Position numbers and translations under genes: made by a program
Notes under the pieces: generated by a model
The model's database searches: none
Told to the model about the DNA's origin: nothing
Seen by the model: the letters and a program-made list of their open reading frames with translations, nothing else
Assembly (NCBI RefSeq): GCF_004010195.1
Contig: NC_057753.1
Span: 4,748,887 to 4,812,886, forward strand
Reading direction: 5' to 3'
DNA length: 64,000 nucleotides
From: Chiloscyllium plagiosum
Taxonomy: Eukaryota
Shown: positions 1 to 12,634 of the stretch, piece after piece
How the letters are laid out: each line of letters begins with the position of its first letter
Position numbering within the stretch: the stretch's first letter is position 1

Positions 1-168
1 TCTGTCTGCTGAAGAGGTTGTTGCAGTTTTTCACTGTAGCACGGTGGAACTGGCGATCAATGAGTTTATCCATTGTATGCAGTTCTAATGAGGGCACCCT
101 CGTCTGCACAGATGAGGAGAAACATGACGGACACCGAAAGGTTTTGAAGGACACCCTCATAAGAATGT
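1..168. mobile_element. Penelope-like element, RT C-terminal fragments joined in inverted orientation
   Basis: Minus-strand 1-98 reads about IDRQFHRATVKNCNNLFSRQ; plus-strand 100-168 reads about CTDEEKHDGHRKVLKDTLIR. Both resemble post-RT PLE ORF sequence, recognised by eye. Confidence 0.5.
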
Positions 169-189
169 AAAACAGTGCTCAACTCATCG

Positions 190-310
190 ATCACCAGTTC
201 TGACCTGCCACAAGCTCCTCCCAGCTATTCCAAACACCGCCCCCTACAAATATGGCAACCACACGGTGACCCACGATCGAGTGGCCCCATTAAAAATGGT
301 GGCCTTATAG
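190..310 (-). promoter_or_regulatory. CpG-decayed copy of the cluster's intron-1 YY1 element (gene off the left edge or dead)
   Basis: Reverse complement GCCATATTTGTAGGGGGCGGTGTTTGGAATAGCTGGGAGGAGCTTG matches copies at 26985, 37859, 49800-49920 and 57615. Confidence 0.6.
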
Positions 311-2269
311 TGCGAACTGTCACTAGGGAGGAAGCCAAGAGCCATGGTACCGTACAGTACAAAGGGCAGGACTGGAACATTATTTTTTGGGGTTTGCAAT
401 TTAGATGAGATGTTCTCGAAGCATCACCGTCCACCCGCCCAATCTATGGACCCATCCTTCCAACCTTATTCATCATATTTTCTGAACCGAGAAACAAAAC
501 TGTGTCTATCGCTCTCACTCAGCCTGTGCATGGCCTGTTCACTATGGGCTCTGCGTATTGCTTTCCTTTTCAATGGATGGGGAACTCTCTACCCGGCTAG
601 GAATGATGGGGAAAGTACCCATCACTCTGTCACCCGCCAATCATTGTGTCTGAATTTTTTTTCTGTCGTGTTGCCAGACAACCTAATTAATACGTTAGGA
701 AATAAGTTACACTGACACCAAACCTGAAACAGAAATTGGTTGTGGTACGTATCTTCTGTGTTAACAATCACAGGATTGTTACCGTGCAGAAAGAGTCTAT
801 TCAACCCATCATGTTTGCAATGGCTCTTGAAATTAGTACCTTATATGAAGCTGTACTCTCGCCTTCCTCCCAAAGCCCTGCATATGTTCCTTTTTCAAAT
901 AGCCATCCGATTCCATTTTATATGCCACAATTGAATCTCTGTGCACCACACCCTTAGGCAGTACATTCCGAACCCTAATCATGTGCTGAATGAAAAAGCT
1001 TTTCCTCAGAAGTATTTTTTTTGCATCCTTTACTTATTGCTTTCAATCTGTGCCTACACATTCTCAATCTCATCACCAGCAGGAACAATTTCTCTCTACT
1101 TACACTGTTCGGACCTCTCCTGATTTTGAGTACTTCAATCAGGACTGACCTCCATTTTCCAAGGAGAACAGTCCAATCTATCCTCGTAACTAAAATCCCT
1201 CGTGGCTAGAAATACTCACACGAAAACTTTCTGCACTCTTTCTAATACATTAACATTTTTCCTTAAAAAAGGTGAAGCTCAGAACTGCATGCAACACACC
1301 AGATGAGGCTAAAGTAATCTCTTCTACAAGTTCAAAATAATCATAGAGCTAGATTTCAACACAATTATAGATACACATATATAATCAAAGTGTAATAGAA
1401 GCATTAGGGGAAAAACATTTAAACATAGATGTGAAAGTTAATTAGTCTCAGGAACACTTGCCTTACCTCGAAAACAGATGCCTGGCACATCCTCAATGAA
1501 ATAGATTGTTCACAACTAATTAGTTAAGAAACACTACAGTCGTAGTAGCTGTAAAACTCTACATACAATTAGCTTTATAATAGGAATTAATACTACAAAT
1601 CTTATAGCAGTTCATTAGAACCAATTATCTTTTGTAGTGGAAAATATAAAAGGAATAACAGAATTTGATAGCATATGGAATTCAATGAACAACAGAATTC
1701 AAGCAGTCCTTAGAGATAAGCAAGTCTGGGACAGGTCCAAACGAATATAACCAGTAACTTTGGAACATGAATTAGTAGGATGCATAGAAAAACTCGAAGC
1801 CTAGAGATTACAATGTCTGTTAAACACCTTGAGACCATGGGAACTTGGGTCCATCCATAGGAATGCCCATTATTGATTAAGTGATTCACAGGACTGGGTG
1901 TATAGAATAAGGGGGAGGACACAGTGACCACATTATGTGTGATTGTTTCAACACCAAAATGTATGAAAATACTGTATTTCAATGTAAAAATCAGACTGTG
2001 TCATTAATCTTTCTTGCAATCTGAGCCACAGAATAAGGGAACGACTGGGCTTTTGAAGATAGATTCAGGGAAGATCTTTGGCCCTCTCCCTGCATTAACC
2101 GTTTTGTTGCTTGGATGAGAATCAGGTCTACCACTTGCCTGAATCCTGCCTGTCTCCTGAGTCTTTGGGGGGGGGGGGGGGAGTTATGCTCCTACAACAG
2201 CAAAACCAGATCTCTGGAGTTTCCTGTGAACTGTCTCAACAGGTTGGCGTACTGAGAGAAGGTCTCTCT

Positions 2270-3373
2270 ATTGTGTGCATTTGCTGGTGCACAGTGAGGT
2301 GAGATGACACGTGAATGATCACTTGTTATTGTTCACGCATTGATAGTATAATGGTTCTCAGGTTCATTTATATAACTTCCATCCATCTGGCCATTTAAAA
2401 GGTCTCTCCTCGGTGTTCACTAAGTAGTGTCTTGGTACTGAATCTCTTCCGACAACACAAGATCACACTCCAGTGTGAACCCACTGATGTCTCAGCTGGT
2501 GGGATAATCTCTTCCCAAAATTTGGAGCAGATGAGTGGGGATAACACACTTCTGTGAACTCCTCCACCAGTCATTTTAACGGAGAGTTTAAATTATTTAT
2601 TTGAAACAGGTTAAATGAGATGCCACATGCTTTAAAATGGCAAATGCAAGACTGCCACAAAAACATGTGAAATCTTCACAGGCTCATGACCACACTCATT
2701 TTCAGACTTGAAGCTTAAACCTGCTGGCTCATTTTCAGTCAGGAACAGGTCCCAGATTGACCCCAGTCTCTGATTTGACAGCATGTTTCCAGTGTTCCCT
2801 GGAAACCAACATGCTGTTCGTCTCTTTCAGTGTGACCCTGAAGAACTCTGATTTCTGCTCCTGCCATGGAATCCTCCATCCAGGTGATCTATGGCCCCTT
2901 AATGGTAAACACTCAGGAAGGAAAGACAGAAATCCAAACCATTGTGGTCCGTGCAATGCTGATTGGCTTTATGTTTATCCCAGAATATTAAATTCCATCC
3001 CTGTTACAGGGATCATTAACACCAGCAGAAACAAATACCTACAGTCAGAATGAACATGATTCAGGCCTAGATGTGATTATTTGCACAATTATAGCACAAT
3101 AGAGGCAACTGTGAATTTACTGGTATCCCAGTGCTGCACGTGAGATGACTGAGTGAATCTGTTCCCACACCATAAAATGTTAAAAGCTTCTTACTTGTGT
3201 GTGTTTCTTTGAGCAGATCTATTTTGCTATTAAATCACTGCTCCCAGCGAGAACTTTGAAACAATTTCTTATCAGGGTGGACAAGTTGCTGTTTATTGAG
3301 GTGGGATAACAGGGTGAATGTCTTCCCACACAGGAAGTGGGTGAACAGCCTCATCCACATAGCACAGCATGAG

Positions 3374-3416
<43 letters not shown>

Positions 3417-3860
3417 ACCTGAATGGTCTCTCATCAGTGTTAACAAAAGCTCCACACAATATTTTAGAAAAATTACAGAACTCGAGACATTTAAAAAGGT
3501 CTTCCATCAGCATAAACTGATGGGTGTGACAACAGAAGAGTGAATGCCTTGCCACATGTACAGCAGGTAAATGACCTCTCCCTGTTGTGAACTCGCTGAT
3601 GTTGTTGTAAGCTGCACAATCACCTGAACGTCTGCCCACAGTGAGACCAGATGAATTGAGTGGAATGCGGGGTGAGCGCTTTCGTGCACTGTCAGTGAAT
3701 GCGGGTACTACAGTTCTTGTAACAATCATATGAAACCCTTTTCATTCAGTATCAACTCGGTTGATGGGACATCAATTCCCTGGAACTTTTGTAGCACTTC
3801 TCACAGTCTGGGCATTTAAATGGTCTCTCATCAGTGTGAACCCGCTGATGTGTATAGGAA
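2270..3860 (-). pseudogene. Decayed C2H2 finger arrays and a duplicated 3' UTR module downstream of ZNF-1
   Basis: Broken HTGE/TDERPF and CxxC remnants at about 2270-2540, 3110-3170, 3290-3700 and 3760-3853; 3' UTR-like module at about 2960-3100. Confidence 0.75.
3372..3416. repeat. (GA)n(GT)n(GA)n microsatellite
   Basis: Direct reading. Confidence 0.9.
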
Positions 3861-4245
3861 CTAGATGCAAAAAGCCATAACTTCAGGGAGCAGACGAGTA
3901 AAAACCTGAGAGGCAGTTTCGCCTGGTGGGGTAGTGAGAGAGAGAGAGGGGCAGCTGATAGGATTGTGTCGATCGTAGTGACAAAGAAACTCAATGAGCT
4001 CCTCGCACTTGTTGTTGCTGATATTGGAGGAGACTGGGAGAGAGGTCATCTTCAATGTGAACTAACCAGTGTTGGATGCATTAAATAAGGAAATCATGTA
4101 TTTTTTAAAAATTGATTTATTTGCCTTTTATATCAGATATGTACCCCTATAATTGGGCTGGAGGTTATTCATGTAAGTAGAAACAAGACTCGGGTGAACA
4201 TAGTATCGTCCAGGATAATGTGAAGACAAAAATCCATCACTGTAA

Positions 4246-5022
4246 TTACTCATGAACTTGGTGGTGTCTCAGCAGTCTAGAAGACTGACAAAATCCCTTC
4301 CCACACACTGAGCAAGTGAACGGCCTCTGCCCAGTGTGAAGCAGATGGTGTTCAGTAAGTTGAGATGATCGTCTGAACCCAGTCCCACAGTTAGAGCACC
4401 TGAAAGGTCTCTCATCAGTGTGAATACGTTGATGGGACATCAATTCCCTGGAACTCTTGTAGCACTTCTCACAGTCTGAGCATTTAAATGGTCTCTCATC
4501 AGTGTGAACCCGCTGGTGTGTCAAAAGGTTGGATGAATTAGTGAATCTCTTGTCACATTCAGAACAGTTGAAGGGCCTTTCTCCAGTGTGAACTCGCTGG
4601 TGTCTCAACAGGCTGGATGACTGAGTGAATCCTCTCCCACACTCAGAGCAGGTGAATGGCCTCTCTCCAGTGTGAACTCGCTGGTGTTCAGTGAGTTGAG
4701 ATGATCGTTTGAATCCAGACCCACAGTGGGAACAGTTGAATGGTCTCTCATTAGAGTGTACACGTTGATGGGACATTAGTTTCTCAGAGCTTTTAAAACA
4801 GTTCCCACAGTCAAAACATTTGAAAGGTCTTTCTTCAGAGTGAATCAGCTGATGTTTCAGCAGATGGGCTACCTGGGCGTATTCTTTCCCACACTTGGTG
4901 CAGGTGAATGGTCTTTCCCCAGTGTGACTACGTCGGTGAATTTCCACCTGAGAAGGATAATGAAATCCCTTCCCACAGTCTCCACATTTCCAGAGTTTAT
5001 GAACAGAGCTTTTTCCTGCCAT
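4246..5022 (-). CDS. ZNF-1: tandem C2H2 zinc-finger protein, 9 fingers, no effector domain
   Basis: ORF 4246-5040 with ATG at 5022 in TTGAACATGG context; TGERP/TDERP linkers; acceptor TTTCACAG before 5132; stop TAA. Confidence 0.93.
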   Translation of the reverse strand: MAGKSSVHKLWKCGDCGKGFHYPSQVEIHRRSHTGERPFTCTKCGKEYAQVAHLLKHQLIHSEERPFKCFDCGNCFKSSEKLMSHQRVHSNERPFNCSHCGSGFKRSSQLTEHQRVHTGERPFTCSECGRGFTQSSSLLRHQRVHTGERPFNCSECDKRFTNSSNLLTHQRVHTDERPFKCSDCEKCYKSSRELMSHQRIHTDERPFRCSNCGTGFRRSSQLTEHHLLHTGQRPFTCSVCGKGFCQSSRLLRHHQVHE

Positions 5023-5189
5023 GTTCAAATCTGATGACACTCAAGTTATATTGTATTGGACAGTTCTAACAAATCCTGATGTGTGATGTTTGGTTTCAGT
5101 TTCACAAGTGTAAACCCTCCCCTTCTAATATCCTGTGAAACTGATTTCAAACAAAACAAAAACCAGTGACACAGAATATACAAAATGCA

Positions 5190-5310
5190 AATGCTGGTTG
5201 TGAAATTAAACTGGATGACTCTGGTAATTTGTGGGGTCAGCACTAGGAAAAAGTGACCATGAAAGCCATTGAATTGCCATAAAAACCCAACTGGTTCACT
5301 CCTATTATTC
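5190..5310. mobile_element. Ancient SINE fragment (SacSINE1/DeuSINE-like) just upstream of the ZNF-1 acceptor
   Basis: GTGACCATGAAAG...AAAACCCAACTGGTTCACT; the same fragment occurs at the same position in ZNF-3, ZNF-4 and ZNF-6. Family name is tentative. Confidence 0.5.
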
Positions 5311-5546
5311 AGATGTATCAGTAAACCTAGTTTGTGCTGTAATGACTATGACTCATTTTTGCGGTCTTACCTCATAACTTCACCAGTATAACTGAGGTGT
5401 CATTTGATTAAATCTGCTCTGTGTTCTCTCTGAGGCTAATACAGTGTTTCCATCCTCAGGTGCACTGCCTAGAGCTAAATACATATTCCAGTCTGGTCTA
5501 ACCAGAATTATGAATATCTCAGTGTTTGTTTCAGTCTCATTCATAC

Positions 5547-5690
5547 CTGAAATCCTTTTTCAAGGATAAACATTTCTTCTTTCACATTCAAAAGCTGGTG
5601 ACATTCAAGGTGCTGATGAATGGAATGACTCTGTCAGGTCGTGATGACATGTTTCGTTTGGGTTTCTCGTGGACCAATCCTTCCCATTTC
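5547..5690 (-). other. Predicted non-coding 5' UTR exon of ZNF-1
   Basis: Acceptor CCTTTTCTAG, donor GATTTCAG|GTATGA; paralogous to 25779-25884 and 50960-51099. Confidence 0.6.
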
Positions 5691-5799
5691 CTAGAAAAGG
5701 GGTTTACCACAGAAAAATCCTTCAGACGTTCATTCTGGAATAAAATTGCAGCAGAGACTCACATTCCTCTTGGTTTGAGCTTAATCTGTGAGCGTAGTC

Positions 5800-6560
5800 A
5801 AAGACTGCGCACGCGCCCTGCAGCATCTTGCTCCCAATAAAGATGGCGGCAACGCGGGCGTTCACGGAATATTGCCCCCAATAAACATGGCGGCGAGAAC
5901 CCGGGCCTCTTACCACCTGTCGCCCGCAGCCGTTTTCCCGTCTGCTGCAAACGCAGGACCGGGTGTTTCTAATTCTCTAGGCCCGGTGTTTATGAAACCT
6001 CCCAGTGGGCAATGGCTCAACTTCATTCCCGTTCTCGGCCGTCAGCTCCCTCTTTACCTTCCTCATGCTCTCACCCAGACTTCAGCCAGGGGACAGTGAG
6101 GTCGGCAGATGCTGAAGATCACAGGCTTCCGACAGGTCCGCCCCGCTGCTAGCTCCACCCATCTTTCAGTCCTATTGGTTGGAGGACCAGCTGCCAATCG
6201 GTCCTCCAGCCCCGCCCACCTCCGCCCCCCCCCGCCGGTCGGAGCCACCTTCCAGCGCGCGGGATCCCCAGTGTGACCAGGGGCGCGCGCTGGACCTGCG
6301 GCCGCGCGGAATTGCGCAGCGACTGAAATCCCACAGGGTGGGCGGAGAGGCTGCAGGAAGACCCTCCGGAGAGCCGACACGAGATGCCAAACGGTGCATG
6401 CGCCCTAGACTTCTGGCGCCCCCACGATGTGAGCAGGACGCCCACGTCCATGAGCCCAGAGAGACAATAACTTCCTCATTGAGGTTTATGATTCGCGCTC
6501 TGCACCCACACACACACGGTATGGAGAAATGAATCCAGCCGGCGTACAGCGAGGGAGTAA
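5800..6560. promoter_or_regulatory. CpG island, bidirectional promoter of ZNF-1/ZNF-2
   Basis: CpG-rich; CCAAT boxes at 6174 (reverse) and 6194; GC boxes; YY1-like AAGATGGCGG 5840 and AACATGGCGG 5884; candidate donor AAG|GTAAAG near 6058 (-). Confidence 0.8.
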
Positions 6561-7001
6561 AACTGGAACTGGGAGATGCTACAAATGCTGGGTTTACATT
6601 TCAGCAGCGGAATGCGGGAAGAGTATGGTTTGCAGACCAACATCTCTGAGAAACAAGCTGGTAGGACGATCTCTTCCCACATTTGGAACAAATAAACGAT
6701 AATACGCTGAATTGACAAGTCTGTGTGGTCTGCACACTGCTAAGAATCTTGCAAACTCTTTTTCCAGGGTAATAGGAGGAGGGGAATTTACAAACAGAAA
6801 GCTGAAACCCAATATCACGTGGAGGTTTGACAACGTCACTCAATTCCTTCCGATCAGACTTTGAATGTACACAGATTGTTCTGTCTTTTGGGAGAACTGG
6901 GAAAGCACTGACTGGAACAAGTACGAACATTGCACTTAAGCATTGCGTGTGTGGGAAGAATCTTTATCTGGTTGTCCAACCCGGCCAGTAACGTTGACAC
7001 C

Positions 7002-8027
7002 ATGAAAAAACAATGGAAATGTGAGGATTGTGGTAAAGGATTCAAATATTCATGCCGGCTGGAAAGTCATCGCCGGAGTCACACTGGGGAGAAACCCTAC
7101 ATTTGTTCCATGTGTGGAAAGAGATTTACTCAAACAATGTCCCTGATGTCACACCAGCGAATTCACACCGAGGAGAGGCCCTACAGCTGCACTCACTGTG
7201 GGAAGAGGTTCCGGTATTCTTCCACCCTCACTGCACACCAGCGCATCCACACAGGGGAGAGACCGTTCACCTGCTCAGTGTGTGGGAAGGGATTTACCCA
7301 GTCATTTGTTTTGGTGAGGCACCAGAGAGTTCACACTGGGGAGCGACCGTTCAGCTGCTCCGTTTGTGGGAAGGGATTTGCTCGGTTATGCAGCCTCCAG
7401 TCACATCACCGAGTTCACGGATCCGAGGGGATGCCGTTCAGTTGCACTTCCTGCGGAAAAAGGTTCAGGCATTCTTCCACACTCACAGCACACCAGCGCA
7501 CGCACACTGGGGAGAGGCCCTATATCTGCGCCGTGTGTGGGAAGGGCTTCACTCAGTCGCGGTACTTACTGACGCACCAGCGAATTCACACTGGGGAGAG
7601 ACCGTTCACCTGTTCTGTGTGCGGGAAGTCATTCACTCAGTCCTCTCACCTGCTGTCACACCAGCGAAATCACACGCAGGAGTGTCCATTCAGCTGCGCT
7701 TCCTGTGGGAAAAGGTTCAAGCATTCTTCCACTCTCGCAGTGCACCAGAGAATCCACACTGGGGAGAAGCCCTTCCCCTGCACTTACTGTGGGAAAAGGT
7801 TCAACAGTTCATCCACCCTCACTGCACACCAGAGGATTCACACCGGGGAAAAGCCATTCACTTGCTCTGTCTGTGAGAAGAGGTTCAGTCAGTCCTTCGA
7901 CCTGGTGAGGCACCAGCGAGTTCACACTGGTGATAGACCGTTCACTTGCCCTGTGTGTGGCAAGGGATTTGCTCGGTTATTTGGACTCCAGTCACACCAC
8001 AGAATCCACACGACAGTGAATACATAA
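7002..8027 (+). CDS. ZNF-2: tandem C2H2 zinc-finger protein, 12 fingers
   Basis: ORF 6930-8027 with first ATG at 7002 (ACCATG); acceptor TTTTTCCAG near 6767; AATAAA at 8145. Confidence 0.93.
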   Translation: MKKQWKCEDCGKGFKYSCRLESHRRSHTGEKPYICSMCGKRFTQTMSLMSHQRIHTEERPYSCTHCGKRFRYSSTLTAHQRIHTGERPFTCSVCGKGFTQSFVLVRHQRVHTGERPFSCSVCGKGFARLCSLQSHHRVHGSEGMPFSCTSCGKRFRHSSTLTAHQRTHTGERPYICAVCGKGFTQSRYLLTHQRIHTGERPFTCSVCGKSFTQSSHLLSHQRNHTQECPFSCASCGKRFKHSSTLAVHQRIHTGEKPFPCTYCGKRFNSSSTLTAHQRIHTGEKPFTCSVCEKRFSQSFDLVRHQRVHTGDRPFTCPVCGKGFARLFGLQSHHRIHTTVNT

Positions 8028-9439
8028 ATGGCTGGACTTTAATATTCTGGATACGATGCTGATTTTTGGGACTGTGGTCTCTCTGTTAATGTGATATGTG
8101 GTCTTTCCCTTTGATGCGATAACTCTCAGCTGAAACTCAATTACAATAAAATGATCAACTTTCACTTCTTTCCTATACTGACCTTTGCACAATCTGCAAT
8201 TCATTTGCTGAAAGATTCCACTGATGAATACTTGCAGTGTGAGAGTGCTGATTAATCGTTGCTGACTTGTTACATTCTTACACTGCGCACCTTCTGCGTG
8301 AAATAAAATTGAAGAAAATGAAACAAAATAGTTTACAGACTAAACAGTAAAAAGCTTCATCAATCAACACTGGCATTGAAGAAGTTTGGAAGTGATGAGT
8401 TCAATGATTTAAGACAACAGCAGCAACATTTGGTGAAGGAAAAGCAGAATAAAGACTTGATCTGCTCAGCAGAAGCGACATCTGTCATTGAAGAGCAAAA
8501 CCTGTCTGATAACACTAATATTAATGTATTCATAGTGAAGAGAAGCCATAAAACCTACTCCGTGTGTGTGAAATCTAAATTCATTCAGTCACCCGATCTG
8601 TGAAGATAGTCAGGTTCAATTCCCATCCTGTCTGAGGTCACCATAAAAGTCCCATCTTGTTCACCTCTCCCCTGAGGCCACCCTAAGATTTAACCACCAC
8701 CAGTCATCTCTTGCTCTACTGAGAGAGCAGCCCAGTAATCATCTGGGACTATGGTGACTTTATCTATCGTCTGTAAGAACAATGTTTTTGTGTGTTAGGA
8801 TCGTGTGTTCGAATTGTGATCTTTGAAGGTGTGTTGTTCTAGGGGGTAGAATCTGATGTCATGCTGTGAACTATCATGTACTTGTTCCAAACAGTGAGGC
8901 AGTGGATATGCTGGTGTTATTTGTAATCACAGAGGAATTTATGTACGCCAATGAACAGACCTGAGATTTGAGAAAGAGCTGCCTGACCATGCAGTGAGGT
9001 GACCCGAGACAGTTCTGAAACAAATTGTCTCAAAATGCTTGGTGCAGTGGAGAATCCAACAAAGGAACGACAACAGGAACAAAAATCAAGAATGTTGGAA
9101 ACTAATTGAAAAAGTACAAAGGAAATAATTTTGTTCTGCTATCCTGATCTGAGATTGGAAGTTTGCGGCTGGTTTTGTTCTGTAATTCACTGCCTGAATT
9201 TGACCTTTAATCTAAGTGTTTCTCCTAATAAAGCTGCTCCATAATTGAATGTTATTGCAATCTCAGATCCTGTTCTCAGCAAGAGATTCATTCAGGAGAA
9301 ATTGCAGGTTCACATTGAGGACACACCACTCCACATGTGGGAATAGATTAATTTGAGTATCCAACTTCACTGCAAATGTCATGTTGTTCTTATTGTAAGA
9401 GACCTTTCCATTGTTCTTACCGTGTGGAGGGTTTTCAAA

Positions 9440-10602
9440 GCACGAATGGTTGGTAAAATACCAATGCACTCACTGGAGTGAAAGCATTCACCAGAATCAA
9501 TGTCCTAAGGGAAGTATTTATTCGTGCTGTTGTGGAAGGCTTGAACTAATATGGCAGGGGGGTGGGAACCAATGCAGGAAGTAAAGTGGGGACAGAAAAA
9601 AAGTGGAATCAATGTCCTAAGGGAAGTATTTATTCGTGCTGTTGTGGAAGGCTTGAACTAATATGGCAGGGGGGTGGGAACCAATGCAGGGGACAGAAAA
9701 AAAGTGGCTGAGAGGGAAAGTGGAAGGCAGAAAAACCAGACAAACATCTAAAAGGGTCATATTATATCATAATTCTAAGACAGCAATACATGTCAAAAAA
9801 TTTACTCTGAAGGCTCAATGTGAGGACCATTTGTAGTAAGGTGGGTGAATTAACTGCACACACAGTTATTAATGGATATGATGTATCTGGGATCTCGGAG
9901 ACCTGGCTCCAGGGTGACCCAGGATGGGAACTCAACATCCGGGGTATTTAACTTTTAGAAAGACAGATGGAAAGGAAAGGGAGATGGGGTAGCATTGCTA
10001 GTTAAGAAGGAGATTAACACAAGATTAAGGAAGGACGTTACCCAGGACAATGTGGAATCTGTACAGGTGGAACTGCAGAACATTAGAAGGGGAAAGAACG
10101 TTAGTGGGAGTTCTGTACAGACTACCAAATAGTAGTTGAGAGGTCGGGGATGGCGTCACACAGGAAATTAGAGATACGTGCAGTAAGGGTACAGTACGGG
10201 TGACTTCAACTTGATTGGACTCATCAAATCTGTTGCAATGCGATGGAGGAGGATTTCCTGGAATGGATGAGGGATAGTTTCTTGACCAATATGTTGAGGA
10301 ACTAACTAGAGAGCAGGCTATCCTAGACTGGGTACTGTGTAATGAGAGAGTATTAATGAGCAACCTAGTGGTATAAGATCTGTTGGGGAAGAGTGACCAT
10401 AGTATGGTAGAATTCTTCAGTTGGAATATTGCGTGCAATTCTGGTCTCCTTCCGATCGGAAAGATGTTGTGAAACTTGAAAGGGTTCAGAAAAGATTTAC
10501 AAGGATGTTGCCAGGGTTGGAGGATTTGAGCTACAGGGAGAGGCTGAACAGGCTGGGGCTGGAGCGTCGGAGGCTGAGGGGTGATGTTATAGAGGTTTAC
10601 AA
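9440..10602 (+). mobile_element. CR1 LINE fragments (ORF1 end/endonuclease, then RT 3' part) with a 112-bp internal tandem duplication
   Basis: ETW, ILDWVLCN and EYCVQFWSP motifs; 9494 repeated at 9606. Confidence 0.8.
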
Positions 10603-11136
10603 NNNNNNNNNNNNNNNNNNNNNNNNNNNNNNNNNNNNNNNNNNNNNNNNNNNNNNNNNNNNNNNNNNNNNNNNNNNNNNNNNNNNNNNNNNNNNNNNNN
10701 NNNNNNNNNNNNNNNNNNNNNNNNNNNNNNNNNNNNNNNNNNNNNNNNNNNNNNNNNNNNNNNNNNNNNNNNNNNNNNNNNNNNNNNNNNNNNNNNNNNN
10801 NNNNNNNNNNNNNNNNNNNNNNNNNNNNNNNNNNNNNNNNNNNNNNNNNNNNNNNNNNNNNNNNNNNNNNNNNNNNNNNNNNNNNNNNNNNNNNNNNNNN
10901 NNNNNNNNNNNNNNNNNNNNNNNNNNNNNNNNNNNNNNNNNNNNNNNNNNNNNNNNNNNNNNNNNNNNNNNNNNNNNNNNNNNNNNNNNNNNNNNNNNNN
11001 NNNNNNNNNNNNNNNNNNNNNNNNNNNNNNNNNNNNNNNNNNNNNNNNNNNNNNNNNNNNNNNNNNNNNNNNNNNNNNNNNNNNNNNNNNNNNNNNNNNN
11101 NNNNNNNNNNNNNNNNNNNNNNNNNNNNNNNNNNNN
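10603..11136. other. Assembly gap (N run)
   Basis: Direct reading. Confidence 1.
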
Positions 11137-11330
11137 CGCCCCTCCCCCAAGTCCCTCCTCCCTACCTTTTATCTTAGCCCGCTTGGCACACCTTCCTCAT
11201 TCCTGAAGAAGGGCTTATGCCCGAAACGTCAATTCTCCTGCTCCTTGGTTGCTGCCTGACCTGCTGCGCTTTTCCAGCAACACATTTTTAAGCTCTGATC
11301 TCCAGCATCTGCAGTCCTCACTTTCTCCTA
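11137..11330 (+). mobile_element. Penelope-like element 3' end (family A)
   Basis: Contains hammerhead CTGAAGAAGGGCTTATGCCCGAAACGTC and tail GATCTCCAGCATCTGCAGTCCTCACTTTCTCCTA. Confidence 0.75.
11203..11230 (+). ncRNA. Minimal type I hammerhead ribozyme motif
   Basis: CUGAAGA-A-GGGC(UUAU)GCCC-GAAACGUC: conserved core, helix II, palindromic helix III ACGU; helix I weak. Confidence 0.75.
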
Positions 11331-12630
11331 TTTAGAAAGATGTGACAGGATCAGTCCAAGTCAGTATGGATTCACTAAAGGGAAATCATGCTTGACAAAT
11401 CTGGATTTTGTTTTTGAGGATGTGGCCAGTAGAGTAGACAAGGGTGAATCTGTGGATGTTGTGTATCTGGACAAAAGGCTTTTGACAAGGTCCCACACAA
11501 GACATTAGTGACAAACTTAAAGCTCATGGTATCAGAGTTAATGTATTGATGTGGATAGAGAAATAGGTGGCAGACAGTAAGCAAAGAGTTGGACTAAACG
11601 AATCCTTTTCAGAGTGGCAAGCAGTGACAAGTGGGGTACCACTAGGTTTCAGTGCTGGGACCGCAGCTGTTCACAACATACATGAATGATTTGGAAAAAA
11701 ATAACTGAATGAAACATCTCCAAATTTGCAGGTGACATTAAGCTGGGTGGCAGTGTGTGCTGTGAGGAGGACGCTAAGAGGCTGCAGGGCGACTTGGACA
11801 GGGGAGCTGAGTGAGCAAATACTTGGCAATTGTAATATAATATGGATGAATGTCAGGTTACCCACTTTGGTCACAAAAACAGGAAGGGAGATTATGATCT
11901 GAAAGTTTAGAAAAAGGCGAGGTGCAACGAGACCTGGATGTCATGGTGGAACAGTCGCTGAAGGTTAGCTGCAGGTGCAGGAGCGATGAGGAAAGCTAGT
12001 GGCATGTTGGTCTCCATAGCGAGAGGATGTGAGTATCAGAGTAGGAATATCTTGCTGCAGTTATACAGGGCCTTGGTGAGGCTACACCTTGAGTATTGTG
12101 TGCAGTGTTGGTCTCCTAGTCTGGGGAAGGAGATTCTGGCTATTGAGGGAGTCCAGCGAAGGTTCACCTGACTGATTCCCAGGATGGCAGGACTGACATA
12201 TGAAGAAAAACTGGATCAACTGGGCTTGTACTCGCTGGAGTTTAGAGAACAAGGTGGGGATTCTCGTAGAAACATGAAATCCTAATGGGACTGAACAGGC
12301 TGGTGGGAAGAATGTTCCTGACATTGGGCAAGTCCAGAAGTAGGGATCACCTTGTAAGAATATGGGGTAAGCCACTCAGGACTGAGATTGAGCAAGAATT
12401 CCTTCACTAAGAATTGTGAACGTGTGGAATTCCCCACCACAAACAGTTGTTGGGGCCAGTTTGTTTGATATATTCGAGAGGGAGCTGGACGTGGCCCTTG
12501 CAGCTGAAGGGATCTAGGGGTATGGAGTGAAAGGAAGAGTGGGATAAGGAAATTATCATAATCATAGTGAATGGTGGTGCAGGCTCAAAGGACGAATTGG
12601 CCTGCTTCTGCATCTATTTTCTATGTTTCT
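11331..12630 (+). mobile_element. Older CR1 LINE RT and 3' UTR
   Basis: KAFDKVPH, KFAGD and EYCVQCWSP motifs with stops and frameshifts. Confidence 0.85.
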
Positions 12631-12634
12631 AAGT

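Noticed and set aside
1340-2270. Possible LTR-like element (also 30230-30570 with 32160-32515)
   Set aside because: No paired LTR, PBS or TSD could be established by eye.
5788-6532. Multiple GC-rich ORFs in CpG islands (also 26.6-27.2, 37.6-38.1 and 50.0-50.9 kb)
   Set aside because: Stop-poor GC-rich DNA; frames are not conserved between paralogous islands.
7052-7876. 274-aa overlapping ORF (also 60314-60853 and 35292-35603)
   Set aside because: Alternative-frame shadow of repetitive finger codons.
10421-11206. 261-aa and 187-aa ORFs
   Set aside because: They are open only because they cross the N gap; the start is CR1.
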